Positions 45,272-53,906 of a stretch of DNA of 64,000 nt are shown here, piece after piece; within the stretch, counting starts at the first letter, position 1; each line of letters starts with the position of its first letter. This DNA is from a virus. Its lineage: Duplodnaviria > Caudoviricetes. The stretch spans positions 47,281-111,280 of the IMG/VR virus record IMGVR_UViG_2772190672_000001. The stretch is one strand, 5' to 3'. The position numbers and the translations under genes are program-made. The notes under the pieces are model-generated. The model was not told the DNA's origin. It made no database searches and worked only from the letters and a program-made list of their open reading frames with translations.

Positions 45272-46102
45272 TCAGCCGTGCTGGAGCCTGCGCAGATCAG
45301 CGGGGGCCGGGAAGATCGTGCCCGCGATGTCGCCCCAGTTGAAGTTCACCTCGCCGCGGACGTGCTCCTTCACCCAGGTGCGGGTCTCGTCCGCGGTGTC
45401 CTTGCGGATGCGGCGGGAGTGCTCGGCCACCCAGTGGATCAGGGCGCGGCGACGGGTCTCTCCGGGCTCGACGTCGCGGAGCCGGAACAGCTGGTGTGCG
45501 CCGGCCGGGGTGGTGGGGATCATCACTCCGGCTTCGCCCTGTGGCCGCTTGAGGTGGACGTACCACAGGTAGTCACGGTTGAACTGGATGCCGAGCGCGA
45601 TCTGCAGCGCCCGCCACTCCCCCGGATGGGCCTCGGCGAGCGGGCGCCCGGAACCGAGGTCGACCCAGCTTTCAGGGCCTCCGCCGTGGGTGCCGTAGTA
45701 GACGATTGAGGTGTAGCCGACCTGTTCCTTGCGGTCGAGCATGAGCCGCTGTGAGGCGACGATGTGCCGGGTCAGCTTCGGCAGGGGCAAGTGGGGGCGG
45801 CGGACGGTGACGTACCGGCGGACTCCGACCTGGAAGCGGCCCTCGGTGATCGCGCCAAGAACCGTGCAGTCCACACGGTGGTTCAGGTCGGCGAGCGTCG
45901 CGTCGGTGAAGATGTCGACGTTCTCTTCGACGTCGGCGTGAGTGGCGTCGACCAGGCTGAACGCTTCGGCCTTGTCGAAGGCGCGCAGTCGGATCTCCCG
46001 GCCGCCGTACTCGAACGTGTCCTTCTTGATCCGGCTCGTGTTCATCAGGAGCAGCAGGTCATCAACGTGCATCTGGACCTGAGTCGCTCGGGTGTCCGTC
46101 AC
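45272..46102 (-). CDS. Hypothetical protein
   Basis: GAGGAG RBS; C-terminal HWVAEHSRR...WVKEHVRG. Confidence 0.7.
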   Translation of the reverse strand: MTDTRATQVQMHVDDLLLLMNTSRIKKDTFEYGGREIRLRAFDKAEAFSLVDATHADVEENVDIFTDATLADLNHRVDCTVLGAITEGRFQVGVRRYVTVRRPHLPLPKLTRHIVASQRLMLDRKEQVGYTSIVYYGTHGGGPESWVDLGSGRPLAEAHPGEWRALQIALGIQFNRDYLWYVHLKRPQGEAGVMIPTTPAGAHQLFRLRDVEPGETRRRALIHWVAEHSRRIRKDTADETRTWVKEHVRGEVNFNWGDIAGTIFPAPADLRRLQHG

Positions 46103-46232
46103 GGCAGACGTCTCCTCTATGTGTGGCTGGTTGGGGCTTGCAATGCGGCGAAGCCCCCGCCGGGGTGACCCGAAGGGGGCTGTCGTTTGGCTTGTTACGT
46201 TCAGGTGACGGCGTGGAGGGGGCCGGGGTCCT

Positions 46233-47096
46233 TCACCCAGCATGCGAGGGGCCGGTGTCGGGCAGGACGGCGGGCGCGGCGTCCTCGCCGGGTTGCATCT
46301 GGGCGGCGTCGATCTCCTGGCGCAGGGCGGCGAATCCTTCGGCGAACGCGGCGCCGGCGAGGTCGCGGGACACCCGAGCGCGGTACTCGAACCGGAACCC
46401 GGACGAGCCGGTGTCCGGACTGTCCGGACGCGTGCCCCCGGACACTGTCCGGACAGTGTCCGCGCTGGTGAGCTCGCACCCCGTCCCGCCGACGAGCGCC
46501 GTCCCGGTCACGATCCCGCCCACGCCCGGACGGTCGTCCTGGTCTGTCCGGACGCTGTCCGGGCCGGAGCGCAGGGCGGTGTCGAGGGTGGCGCGGGCAC
46601 GTCGTTCGCCGTCGGCGTCGATGGCGTCGCTGAACGTCCACGGTCCGCCGTCGGGGCTTCGGACCAGGCTCCAACCGATGGCGTGGCCGAAGTCGTCGGT
46701 GTGCAGGGTGAGGGCGAGCCCGCTGGGGTGGAGCAGGCTGTGGTTGATCAGCCACAGCAGGCCCGAGCGGGACAGGTCGGAGAACGGCCGGCTGTCGGCG
46801 TCGGCCGCGGCGGTGTCCGGGTCGGCGAGCGCCTGGTCCACGGCGTTGCGGCAGGCTTCCCAACCGCGCGCGTACGCCCCGGCGTCCATCTGGGATTCGG
46901 GTCGGCGGGGCACCTGGCGGACGCGCTGCACGGTGGCCTCGGCGCGCTGCCCTTCGAGGAGGTGCCGGTCGATGCGGTCGCGCAGCGGGATGCCGAGGAG
47001 GGCGCCGAGGGCGTCATCCAGGGGGGCTGTGCGGTTGCCCGCAGTTGTCCGGACGTTGTCCGGACGGCGGTCCGCTGGCGTGGTGGGATCGGTCAT
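46233..47096 (-). CDS. Hypothetical protein containing GTCCGGAC clusters
   Basis: ATGA coupling; SGLLWLINHSLLHPSGLAL. Confidence 0.6.
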   Translation of the reverse strand: MTDPTTPADRRPDNVRTTAGNRTAPLDDALGALLGIPLRDRIDRHLLEGQRAEATVQRVRQVPRRPESQMDAGAYARGWEACRNAVDQALADPDTAAADADSRPFSDLSRSGLLWLINHSLLHPSGLALTLHTDDFGHAIGWSLVRSPDGGPWTFSDAIDADGERRARATLDTALRSGPDSVRTDQDDRPGVGGIVTGTALVGGTGCELTSADTVRTVSGGTRPDSPDTGSSGFRFEYRARVSRDLAGAAFAEGFAALRQEIDAAQMQPGEDAAPAVLPDTGPSHAG

Positions 47097-47590
47097 CGGA
47101 TCTCCGGGGCGGGGTGGATGGCGGTCGTCCGGTTGACGAGGGTGGGCCCGTAGCCGACCCAGCGGGGCAGGCTGACGGGGCCGGTGCGTCCGGTCCGGAC
47201 GGCAGCGAAGTCGAGGACTCGTTGCAGACCGTGCCGGCGGTCTTCGAGGCAGCGCTCACCGGCCTGGACGTCGGCGAGGGCGGCGCGCAGCGGGATCGTC
47301 TCGATGCGGATCCGGCCGCGGTACTCGATGCGGTGGTGCCGGTCCCCGATGTGCAGCCAGTCCGCCGCGTCCAGCCCGCCCGCGAGCGCCAGCTCGTCGA
47401 GCCGGTCGCCGAGGGCGTGGCCGCCTTCGGTCCACGCGTACCAGAGCCGGGCGCCGCCGCCGGGCCGGAAGAACGTGAACGCGACGTACGACTCAGGGTC
47501 TCGGTCGGCGGTGACGCCGACGACGACGGCCAACTCCACTGGCGTGGGGTCGGCGTGGCCGACGATCCGAGGCGGTGCCTGGGTGCTCAT
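47093..47590 (-). CDS. Hypothetical protein
   Basis: GAGGA RBS; coupled. Confidence 0.65.
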   Translation of the reverse strand: MSTQAPPRIVGHADPTPVELAVVVGVTADRDPESYVAFTFFRPGGGARLWYAWTEGGHALGDRLDELALAGGLDAADWLHIGDRHHRIEYRGRIRIETIPLRAALADVQAGERCLEDRRHGLQRVLDFAAVRTGRTGPVSLPRWVGYGPTLVNRTTAIHPAPEIR

Positions 47591-47931
47591 GCGGTCCTCT
47601 CGCTGGTCGGGCGGGTGGGTTCGGTGCGGTCGCGGCGGCGGCGTTCCCGGGGGCCGACCAGTTCGGCGCCCCGCTCGAACGCAGCGAGGATCGGCGCCAT
47701 GCGACGGGCGTAACGGCGGGCCGTGCGGCGGGCCTTCATGCGGGCGAGGACCTGCGCGCGGGTCGGCTGCTCCCACGTGTGCGTCCCGGCCGACGCGATG
47801 TAGCTGCGGCCGTGGGTGCCCTCGGGGATGCCGCACCAGCGGCAGCCGGACGGCACCGGCGGCTGCCCGTCAGGGAAGCGGACCGGGCCCCGCCGCAGTC
47901 CGGTCTTCGGGTCGCGGGTCACCAGGCTCAC
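47587..47931 (-). CDS. Hypothetical protein
   Basis: GCRWCGI..HGRSY...GTHTW.QPT..Q..ARM.ARR. Confidence 0.6.
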   Translation of the reverse strand: MSLVTRDPKTGLRRGPVRFPDGQPPVPSGCRWCGIPEGTHGRSYIASAGTHTWEQPTRAQVLARMKARRTARRYARRMAPILAAFERGAELVGPRERRRRDRTEPTRPTSERTA

Positions 47932-48404
47932 GAGCCGCTCCCCTGCTCGCGCTTGGCCCGCTCCTCCGCGATGACCTCCTCGGAGGTGCACACGGCCATC
48001 TGGAACAGCATCAGCAGCCCGTCGACCATCTCGCTACCGTCCGGCGCCGACCGCTCGTACAGGGCGGTGAACAGGGCCTCGGCGTGTGCCCGGTCGCGGT
48101 TCGCCCACGCGGTTGTGAACTGTGCGGCGAACCGTACGTGCGGCGGCAGAACCTCCGCCGACGCCCACTCGCCGGTCTCGGTGTTCTGGACCGGCATCCC
48201 GAACACCGTGCCGGGCTGCTGGTCGCGGCGGGCGATGTGCGAGGCGGTCTCGGCGAGCATCGCCGCCAGCGCGTACGCGCTGCTCCAGCCGCCCGCGATC
48301 AGCAGCACGAGCAGGTCGACGCCGCCCTCCAAGTCGCCGGCCACTCCCTTGGCGAGCGCGTCGCCGACGATCCGGGGCCCCTCACCCTGTGCAGTCGTTG
48401 TCAC
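47928..48404 (-). CDS. Hypothetical protein, paralog of 51716-52198
   Basis: Shared F...F.TA.AN.D....EALF.A. Confidence 0.65.
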   Translation of the reverse strand: MTTTAQGEGPRIVGDALAKGVAGDLEGGVDLLVLLIAGGWSSAYALAAMLAETASHIARRDQQPGTVFGMPVQNTETGEWASAEVLPPHVRFAAQFTTAWANRDRAHAEALFTALYERSAPDGSEMVDGLLMLFQMAVCTSEEVIAEERAKREQGSGS

Positions 48405-48405
48405 G

Positions 48406-48810
48406 TCAGTCCTCTCGCGGCCACGTCGTGCCATAGCCGTCGTCGTGGTCTTCTTCGTGGTCCGGGTCGAGCTCGCAGAACACCTCGCAGCCGACCGAGT
48501 TGTGGTTCATCTCGTCGCACACCGGGCCGGTGCGCCTCGGCTGGTCGTCCCAGCCGTCGCGGGCCGCGTTTTCGGCCGCGCGGCGCCGGCGGGTCCCCCA
48601 GCCCTTCGTCGCGGCCGCCGATCGGGCGGCGACTGCCTCGGGCCGGTTCCGGCGCTCCGCGCGGGCCGCCACCCGCCGAGCCCGCCGCTCGTCGGCCGCC
48701 GCCTGCGCGGCAGTCGCCAGGCCGGTGAACAGGGCGCTCATCGCGTCCTGTCGGCGGGCCGGGTCGTGCGCCGCCTGGTCGAACAACTCGGCCGCCACGC
48801 TACGCTTCAC
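48406..48810 (-). CDS. Hypothetical protein
   Basis: Coupled; C-terminal FCELDPDHEEDH. Confidence 0.55.
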   Translation of the reverse strand: MKRSVAAELFDQAAHDPARRQDAMSALFTGLATAAQAAADERRARRVAARAERRNRPEAVAARSAAATKGWGTRRRRAAENAARDGWDDQPRRTGPVCDEMNHNSVGCEVFCELDPDHEEDHDDGYGTTWPRED

Positions 48811-49217
48811 GCCGACTCCTGCAGCAGCGCGAGGTCGTTGCGGCAGACCAGCACCGCCCGGGTCACTGTCTGCGCCCCGTACCGGCGTACGGCCTCGTCC
48901 TGGCCCAGCTCGGCGACCGCGCGGGCCACCGTCTGCAGCGGCACCGCCTCGGTGACGTTGGCGGTCTCCCCGCGGCGCCGGTTCGTCGCGCAAAACAGGC
49001 ACTCACCGTCGGCGGTCGGGTCGGCTGGCGCGTTCGGGTGCTGCGGGCACCGGCGGGCCAGCGACGCCCGCGCCACGACGAGGAGCCTCCGGGCTGCGTC
49101 CATCTCCTCCCGGATCTCGTCCAGGTCCTCGGGAGCGGGTTGCAGGGCGATCAGGTGCTCACCTCGCTCGCCCAGGGCGCGCAGCGCCTCGCCCAGCTCG
49201 GTCACTTTCTCGCTCAT
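48807..49217 (-). CDS. Hypothetical protein downstream of the initiator
   Basis: CPQHP...CLFC; ATGA coupling. Confidence 0.65.
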   Translation of the reverse strand: MSEKVTELGEALRALGERGEHLIALQPAPEDLDEIREEMDAARRLLVVARASLARRCPQHPNAPADPTADGECLFCATNRRRGETANVTEAVPLQTVARAVAELGQDEAVRRYGAQTVTRAVLVCRNDLALLQESA

Positions 49218-50251
49218 GCGGTCTCTGCCTCCTGGTGGGCGGCGAACTGGCAGTCCTGGCAGGTCTGGTCCGTCCGCGCCTTGAACTCACGCCCACAGCC
49301 GCAGATCCGGGCTGGGGCTAGCGGATCCTCGGGCTTCCACTGGAACGGCGGCCGCGCAGGTCCGGCGGGCCTGTCACTCGCCGGGGGCACCGAGGCCAGC
49401 AGCGGGGGCTGGATGGCCCGCTGGCGGGACGAGGAGCCCCTGCGGCGCTGGCCGGGCAGCGGCTCGCTGTGCACCGAGCACCGGGGCTTGCCGGGACGTG
49501 TCAGCGGCGTCGTGCAGACCTCGCACCGGCCGTACGGCAGGTGCTCCTCGTGCTGGGGCGAAGGCTGGTCGGTTTCCTCGTCCGCGCCCGCATCCACCTG
49601 AGGTTGAGGAACTACATCAGCCATGTCGTGGGGAACCCCTTGGGTTCCCCCTGGGATATTCGTGCCGCTGTGGCCCGAACCGGTCGTGCCACTGTGGACC
49701 GAACCCGGTCGGTCCACAGTGGACCGAACCGACTCCGCGTCGTCCGAGCCGAGTTCGGACCTCTGTGGACCGAACTGGTTCGTGCCTCCGTGGCCCGAAC
49801 CTTCGCCTTCGAGGTTCGTGCCACTGTGGCCCGAACCGTCGTTGACCTCCTCGTCCTCCTTGCGGCGGCGAGCAGTGCCCTTCAGGTACGCCTCGGCGGC
49901 CTTCCAGTCCGGCCAGTTCGTGTTGGCAATGACGTACAGCGTCGCGGTGCCCCGCCGACGCTCGCCCTCCACGACAACCACGCCAGCACGGATGGCAGCC
50001 TCCAGATAGCGGCGAGCGTCCTGCTCGCGGCATCCGGCAGCCTTGGCGATGTCCTGAATGCGGATGACCTTGCCGTCCCTGAAGCGGAGATAGCCGTTCG
50101 CCGACGCCATAGCGCGCAGGGCGTACAGCAAGGTCAGAAAGCCGCCCTTGAGAGATCGCGGCATCTCGCGTGACCACTTCCAGGCCAGCGCGTTGCCGAA
50201 CGAGTGCGCCGGTCCCCCACCGGTCCGCCCCTCAGGCTCTTCTGCGCTCAC
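49214..50251 (-). CDS. Putative replication initiator (N-terminal winged helix, lambda O-like organisation)
   Basis: IQDIAKAAGCREQDARRYLEAAIRAGVV...TLY; internal repeats; C-terminal Cys motifs. Confidence 0.65.
   Translation of the reverse strand: MSAEEPEGRTGGGPAHSFGNALAWKWSREMPRSLKGGFLTLLYALRAMASANGYLRFRDGKVIRIQDIAKAAGCREQDARRYLEAAIRAGVVVVEGERRRGTATLYVIANTNWPDWKAAEAYLKGTARRRKEDEEVNDGSGHSGTNLEGEGSGHGGTNQFGPQRSELGSDDAESVRSTVDRPGSVHSGTTGSGHSGTNIPGGTQGVPHDMADVVPQPQVDAGADEETDQPSPQHEEHLPYGRCEVCTTPLTRPGKPRCSVHSEPLPGQRRRGSSSRQRAIQPPLLASVPPASDRPAGPARPPFQWKPEDPLAPARICGCGREFKARTDQTCQDCQFAAHQEAETA
49660..49836. repeat. Six 21-bp iteron-like repeats (putative origin) inside the initiator gene
   Basis: Consensus TCGTGCCACTGTGG(A/C)CCGAAC at 49660, 49684, 49709, 49755, 49780, 49816. 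Confidence 0.75.
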
Positions 50252-50289
50252 AGGCTTCTCTCTGGATAGTGCTGGACAGGTAGTCGGGG

Positions 50290-50760
50290 TCAGGCCGGGC
50301 CGAAACACGGCCGAGGTGGCGCTGCTATGCCCGGGAAGCGATCCGGCGTCCGAAGCAACTCGGCCAGTTCTCGAAGGAACTCAGGCTCTGCGTGTTTCAG
50401 CAGGGCGGCGGCAGCGTCCTCGGCGGGCTCATCGAGCAGCACCAGCAGCGATTTGCGGCACAGCGCGGGCGGCTGGTTGAACCGGGGGCGCTCCCAGCGG
50501 ATGGCCGTCCGCTCGGGGACCACAGCGCCGCGCTGCCCCTCGTACAGCGACACGGCGATGAACTCAGTCATGGGCCACCACCGCGCGTAGCGGCGGTGGT
50601 CGTCAAGCCGGAGCCCGAGGCATGCGCTCTGTCCGATGTAGAGGGGCCGCCGTTCTGCGTCGTAGAAGCGGTAGACCGCCGACACCGTGCACGTCCAATC
50701 GGGCAGTTTCAGCGAGCGATACGGGTCGCTCCGATCCAGCTTCTGAGCAGGCAGGTGCAC
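50290..50760 (-). CDS. GIY-YIG nuclease-family protein
   Basis: AVYRFYD...LYIGQS...R...H...E..AI..ERPRFN. Confidence 0.8.
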   Translation of the reverse strand: MHLPAQKLDRSDPYRSLKLPDWTCTVSAVYRFYDAERRPLYIGQSACLGLRLDDHRRYARWWPMTEFIAVSLYEGQRGAVVPERTAIRWERPRFNQPPALCRKSLLVLLDEPAEDAAAALLKHAEPEFLRELAELLRTPDRFPGIAAPPRPCFGPA

Positions 50761-50835
50761 AGGCAGGTCCTGCGCAGTGAGCACAGGAATGCCGCGTGAC
50801 CTCGACGTCTTCTTGATCACGTACCCATCATAGCG

Positions 50836-50892
50836 TTCATGTACACGAAGTACATGAAGTCTGTGATGTACATGAGTGCGGTCCCGTACACT
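50836..50892 (+). promoter_or_regulatory. GTACA-repeat operator and probable leaderless promoter of the Phd gene
   Basis: TGTACA/AGTACA/TGTACA/CGTACA; TACACT 6 nt before ATG. Confidence 0.6.
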
Positions 50893-50898
50893 GACGCC

Positions 50899-51207
50899 AT
50901 GAGCGCTGCTAAGACCGAGCACGTCGAGCGGATCGCGGACGTCCGGAACTCCTTCGCCGACGCCATCGGGCGTGCTCGATACAGCAACGAACCAACGGTT
51001 TTGACGAGCCGCGGTAAGCGGGTGGCCGCCCTTGTCTCCATGGACTTCTACGAGACGGGCCGGACCATCGAGAGGCTTCTCACCGAGGCCTCCGAGCACT
51101 CGGCGGGGGCCCATGCGGACGACGGCGCCGACCTCACGCTGACGCTGCCGAATGGCGACACCCTGCTCGTCGAGTTCAAGAGGTACACGCTGCCGCGGGG
51201 AGACTGA
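50899..51207 (+). CDS. Phd/YefM-family antitoxin-like protein
   Basis: IADVRNSFADAIGRARYSNEPTVLTSRGKRVAALVSMDFYE. Confidence 0.85.
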   Translation: MSAAKTEHVERIADVRNSFADAIGRARYSNEPTVLTSRGKRVAALVSMDFYETGRTIERLLTEASEHSAGAHADDGADLTLTLPNGDTLLVEFKRYTLPRGD

Positions 51208-51284
51208 CCGGTGCGTAGGCACGCCGAGGCGGGGGCAGCCCATCCGGGCTGTCCCCGCCTCGCGCGTGTGCGCTGTTCTTCCGT

Positions 51285-51719
51285 TCATCCGGCCTGCCGC
51301 CCGCCGGCGAGTGCTCCGGCTGTCTCGGTGGCCCGGTTGAGCATGCGCACCCAGGCGTCGAACGACCGGTCGCGGAACAGGACGACCGGGTCGACCACGC
51401 GGACGACGACGGCGGCTGTGCACGCGAACGAGACGCCGGGCACCGTGCAGTCCGGGTCTGCCTCGAGGACGCCTTCGGCGCGGACCTCGTACAGCGACCC
51501 GTCGGGCTTGAACGCGGCGTAGACGCGGGCGACGTCGCGGCCGGTCGTGACGTACACGCGGTCGTCTCGGGCGTGTTCGTGGCTGGCGCCGAGGGCCTGT
51601 GCGGTGCCGGTCAGCGTGTGCTCGACGCCGGTGACGATCGGCGGGAGGACGAGGGCGCCGGGGCGGAGGCCTGCGCCGCCGCCGTGGAACAGGCGGAGGC
51701 CGGGCGGCGGGGTGGTCAC
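51285..51719 (-). CDS. Arr-like ADP-ribosyltransferase-fold protein
   Basis: FHGG..GLRPG..VLP...RVYVTT...A..YA...LYEV..G.LE.DPD...SF. Confidence 0.65.
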   Translation of the reverse strand: MTTPPPGLRLFHGGGAGLRPGALVLPPIVTGVEHTLTGTAQALGASHEHARDDRVYVTTGRDVARVYAAFKPDGSLYEVRAEGVLEADPDCTVPGVSFACTAAVVVRVVDPVVLFRDRSFDAWVRMLNRATETAGALAGGRQAG

Positions 51720-52198
51720 GCGGCTGCTCCGGGGGTGGTGCCGAGGGCGGCGTGTCCGGCGTTGCACAGGCCAGCGGTGTCGGCGACGAGCTGGACGACG
51801 CAGCGGACCAGGTGCTCGCCGCCGATGTACGCGGCGGCCTCGAAGAGGGCTTCGTCGGTGGCGGTGTCGCCGTTGGCGTACGCCGTGATGAACCGTAGCG
51901 AGAAGACCTGCGCCGGGTTGTCCTCGCCGGATCGGGCGCGGTCGGGGCGGAGTTCGGGCTCCAGCTGGCGCAGGACCCACATGTCGCCGCGTTCGGGATG
52001 CGGGGCCTGGTCGCCGAAGAGGACCTGCAAGGAGCGGTGGGCGGCGTGCCCGAGCGCGCAGCAGATCCCGTACACGCGGTTTATGTCGCCGTCGGTGGCG
52101 ACGGCTTCGATGTGCTCGGCGGCGGTGTCGGCGTCGCCGTTCATGGCCGCGGCGAGGGCCGCGTAGACGTGCCGCGCTGCGGCTTCGGTGTCCATCAT
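51716..52198 (-). CDS. Hypothetical protein, paralog of 47928-48404
   Basis: GGAG RBS; FSLRFITAYANGD. Confidence 0.65.
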   Translation of the reverse strand: MMDTEAAARHVYAALAAAMNGDADTAAEHIEAVATDGDINRVYGICCALGHAAHRSLQVLFGDQAPHPERGDMWVLRQLEPELRPDRARSGEDNPAQVFSLRFITAYANGDTATDEALFEAAAYIGGEHLVRCVVQLVADTAGLCNAGHAALGTTPGAAA

Positions 52199-52267
52199 CG
52201 GGTGCTCCGTGGGGTGGAGGCCCGGGGCGCGGTGAGGAGTGGCCGCGCCCCGGGCCGGTCGGTGGGG

Positions 52268-52477
52268 TCAGGACTGCTTCCGCTTGTGCTTGGCGCCCTT
52301 CACTCCGCCGCGGCCGCGCAGCGTGGTGCCGACCGAAAGCAGCAGGCTGTGGACGGTGCCGTACGAGTAGCCGTAGTGGTCGCGCAGGTTGCGGATGGAC
52401 GACCCGGCGTAGTAGCGGGCCTGCATGTCCAGGGCGAGCCGTTCCCGGCCGTCGGCGGGGATCTTCGCGTGCGTCAC
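52268..52477 (-). CDS. Small HTH protein
   Basis: YYAGSSIRNLRDHYGYSYGTVHSLL....TLRGRGG. Confidence 0.7.
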   Translation of the reverse strand: MTHAKIPADGRERLALDMQARYYAGSSIRNLRDHYGYSYGTVHSLLLSVGTTLRGRGGVKGAKHKRKQS

Positions 52478-52713
52478 TGTTCGCGGAGCCTTTCGTTCTC
52501 CCAGGCCTCGGCGTACTCCTCGACCTGGCGGGCGATGGCCTCCTCCGCGCACACCTTGTGTGCGGGCTTCCCGTCGCTGTCTCGCAGCGGGGTGAGGCCG
52601 GGGCAGTAGCGGCACCTCTTCTCGACGCCGGCCCAGTGGCCGCGCGTCCAGTCGAGGACGCCGGTCGGTGGCGGCTCGGGCCGCTTAGGCCGCCGGGGCT
52701 TGCGCGCGGCCAC
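52474..52713 (-). CDS. Hypothetical protein
   Basis: CRYC..T.LRD..GKPAHKVCAE. Confidence 0.6.
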   Translation of the reverse strand: MAARKPRRPKRPEPPPTGVLDWTRGHWAGVEKRCRYCPGLTPLRDSDGKPAHKVCAEEAIARQVEEYAEAWENERLREQ

Positions 52714-52993
52714 GGTCGTTGCTCAGCTGGGTGCGCTCGTCGGGGTCGAGGCCGCCCCAGATACCGACCGGCTCGCGGCGCGCGAGGGCACCTTCCAGGC
52801 ACGGGGTGATGGCCGGGCAGCGGGCACAGACCCGCTTGGCAATGAGCGCGTCGAGCTTGCCGGGGCCGCGCCGCCAGTCCTCGGGGAACCACTGGTCGGG
52901 CTGCTGGTACTCGCCGCCCTTGCGGCACAGGGCGTCGTCACCCCACCATTCGGACCGGCTGTGCGTGGTCGGGGCGTCGTAGCTGGTGCGCAT
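52685..52993 (-). CDS. whiB: WhiB-family Fe-S transcription factor
   Basis: ALC...WFP...AKRVCARCP....CL..AL...GIWGG. Confidence 0.9.
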   Translation of the reverse strand: MRTSYDAPTTHSRSEWWGDDALCRKGGEYQQPDQWFPEDWRRGPGKLDALIAKRVCARCPAITPCLEGALARREPVGIWGGLDPDERTQLSNDRGRAQAPAA

Positions 52994-53277
52994 CAGCGGC
53001 CTCCTCGGGAGTCGTGTCCGGACGGGTCCGGGCCGGTGTCCGCCGACGTGTCCGGACACGTGTCCCGGCAGGTCAGCGGCTTGCAGCGAGTCAGAAGCAG
53101 GAGGGGCGCGGACGGAGTCCGGACGCGTGTCCGGGCACTGTCCGGCAGGACGATCCAGGCGAGGGCGAGCAGGATGATCGAGGCCACGGCGGACGGGCCC
53201 CACACCTGGGCGGCCGACAGGAACGCGTCCACGGCCATCCCCACGTCGAGCAAGGCGATGAACAGGCGCACGGTCAC
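52993..53277 (-). CDS. Small membrane protein with GTCCGGAC-derived tail
   Basis: Two hydrophobic segments; coupled on both sides. Confidence 0.5.
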   Translation of the reverse strand: MTVRLFIALLDVGMAVDAFLSAAQVWGPSAVASIILLALAWIVLPDSARTRVRTPSAPLLLLTRCKPLTCRDTCPDTSADTGPDPSGHDSRGGR

Positions 53278-53906
53278 ACCGGGACCCCCTCGTCGCGCCA
53301 CCGACGGACCGTCTTGTCGACGCAGCCCAGACGCCGCGCCAGCTCGACCACAGGGATCTCCTCGCGGACGACGCCGAGCACGGGGTCGGCGAGCCGGAAC
53401 GCCATCCGCTGCTCGTGCCGCCCCAACGAGGGATACGGCGGCTCGTCGCGCAGCGCGGTCCTGATCGCCACCAGGTCCATGCCGTGCAAGGTGAGCCGGC
53501 CGGGCTGGGCGGCCCGAAGGACGTCGTCCTCCAGGTGCTCGCCGGCCACGCACCGGCCCCGCGTACAGGTGCCCTCGACGCGGCCCACCGGCTCACGGCC
53601 GTGCTGCAGCCGGTAGGACAGCCTCCTGGCCGCGACCTTCCCCGCCATCGGCTTTCGGCCGTCTTCCCACCGGCCGAGCCACAGCCGGTGCCCTCCGGCA
53701 ACCGGCATCGTCGTGGCGTCGAACTTCGCCTGCGTCCAGGTGTTCTGCCGGTACACCGGCATCCCGAGGTCGGCCCGGACCTGACGGACGAAGTCCTTGT
53801 ACAGCCCGAGCCTGCGCGCGGCCTCGCAGTTCGAGATGTTGTGCTCCGCCTTCAGCAGGCGTGCCGCCCGCTCCCACCGCTCGGCGCGGGACTCACAGCC
53901 GGCCAT
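53274..53906 (-). CDS. HTH plus degenerate HNH-like protein
   Basis: RRLSYRLQHGREPVG..EGTC....CV..EHL; C-terminal HTH. Confidence 0.65.
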   Translation of the reverse strand: MAGCESRAERWERAARLLKAEHNISNCEAARRLGLYKDFVRQVRADLGMPVYRQNTWTQAKFDATTMPVAGGHRLWLGRWEDGRKPMAGKVAARRLSYRLQHGREPVGRVEGTCTRGRCVAGEHLEDDVLRAAQPGRLTLHGMDLVAIRTALRDEPPYPSLGRHEQRMAFRLADPVLGVVREEIPVVELARRLGCVDKTVRRWRDEGVPV

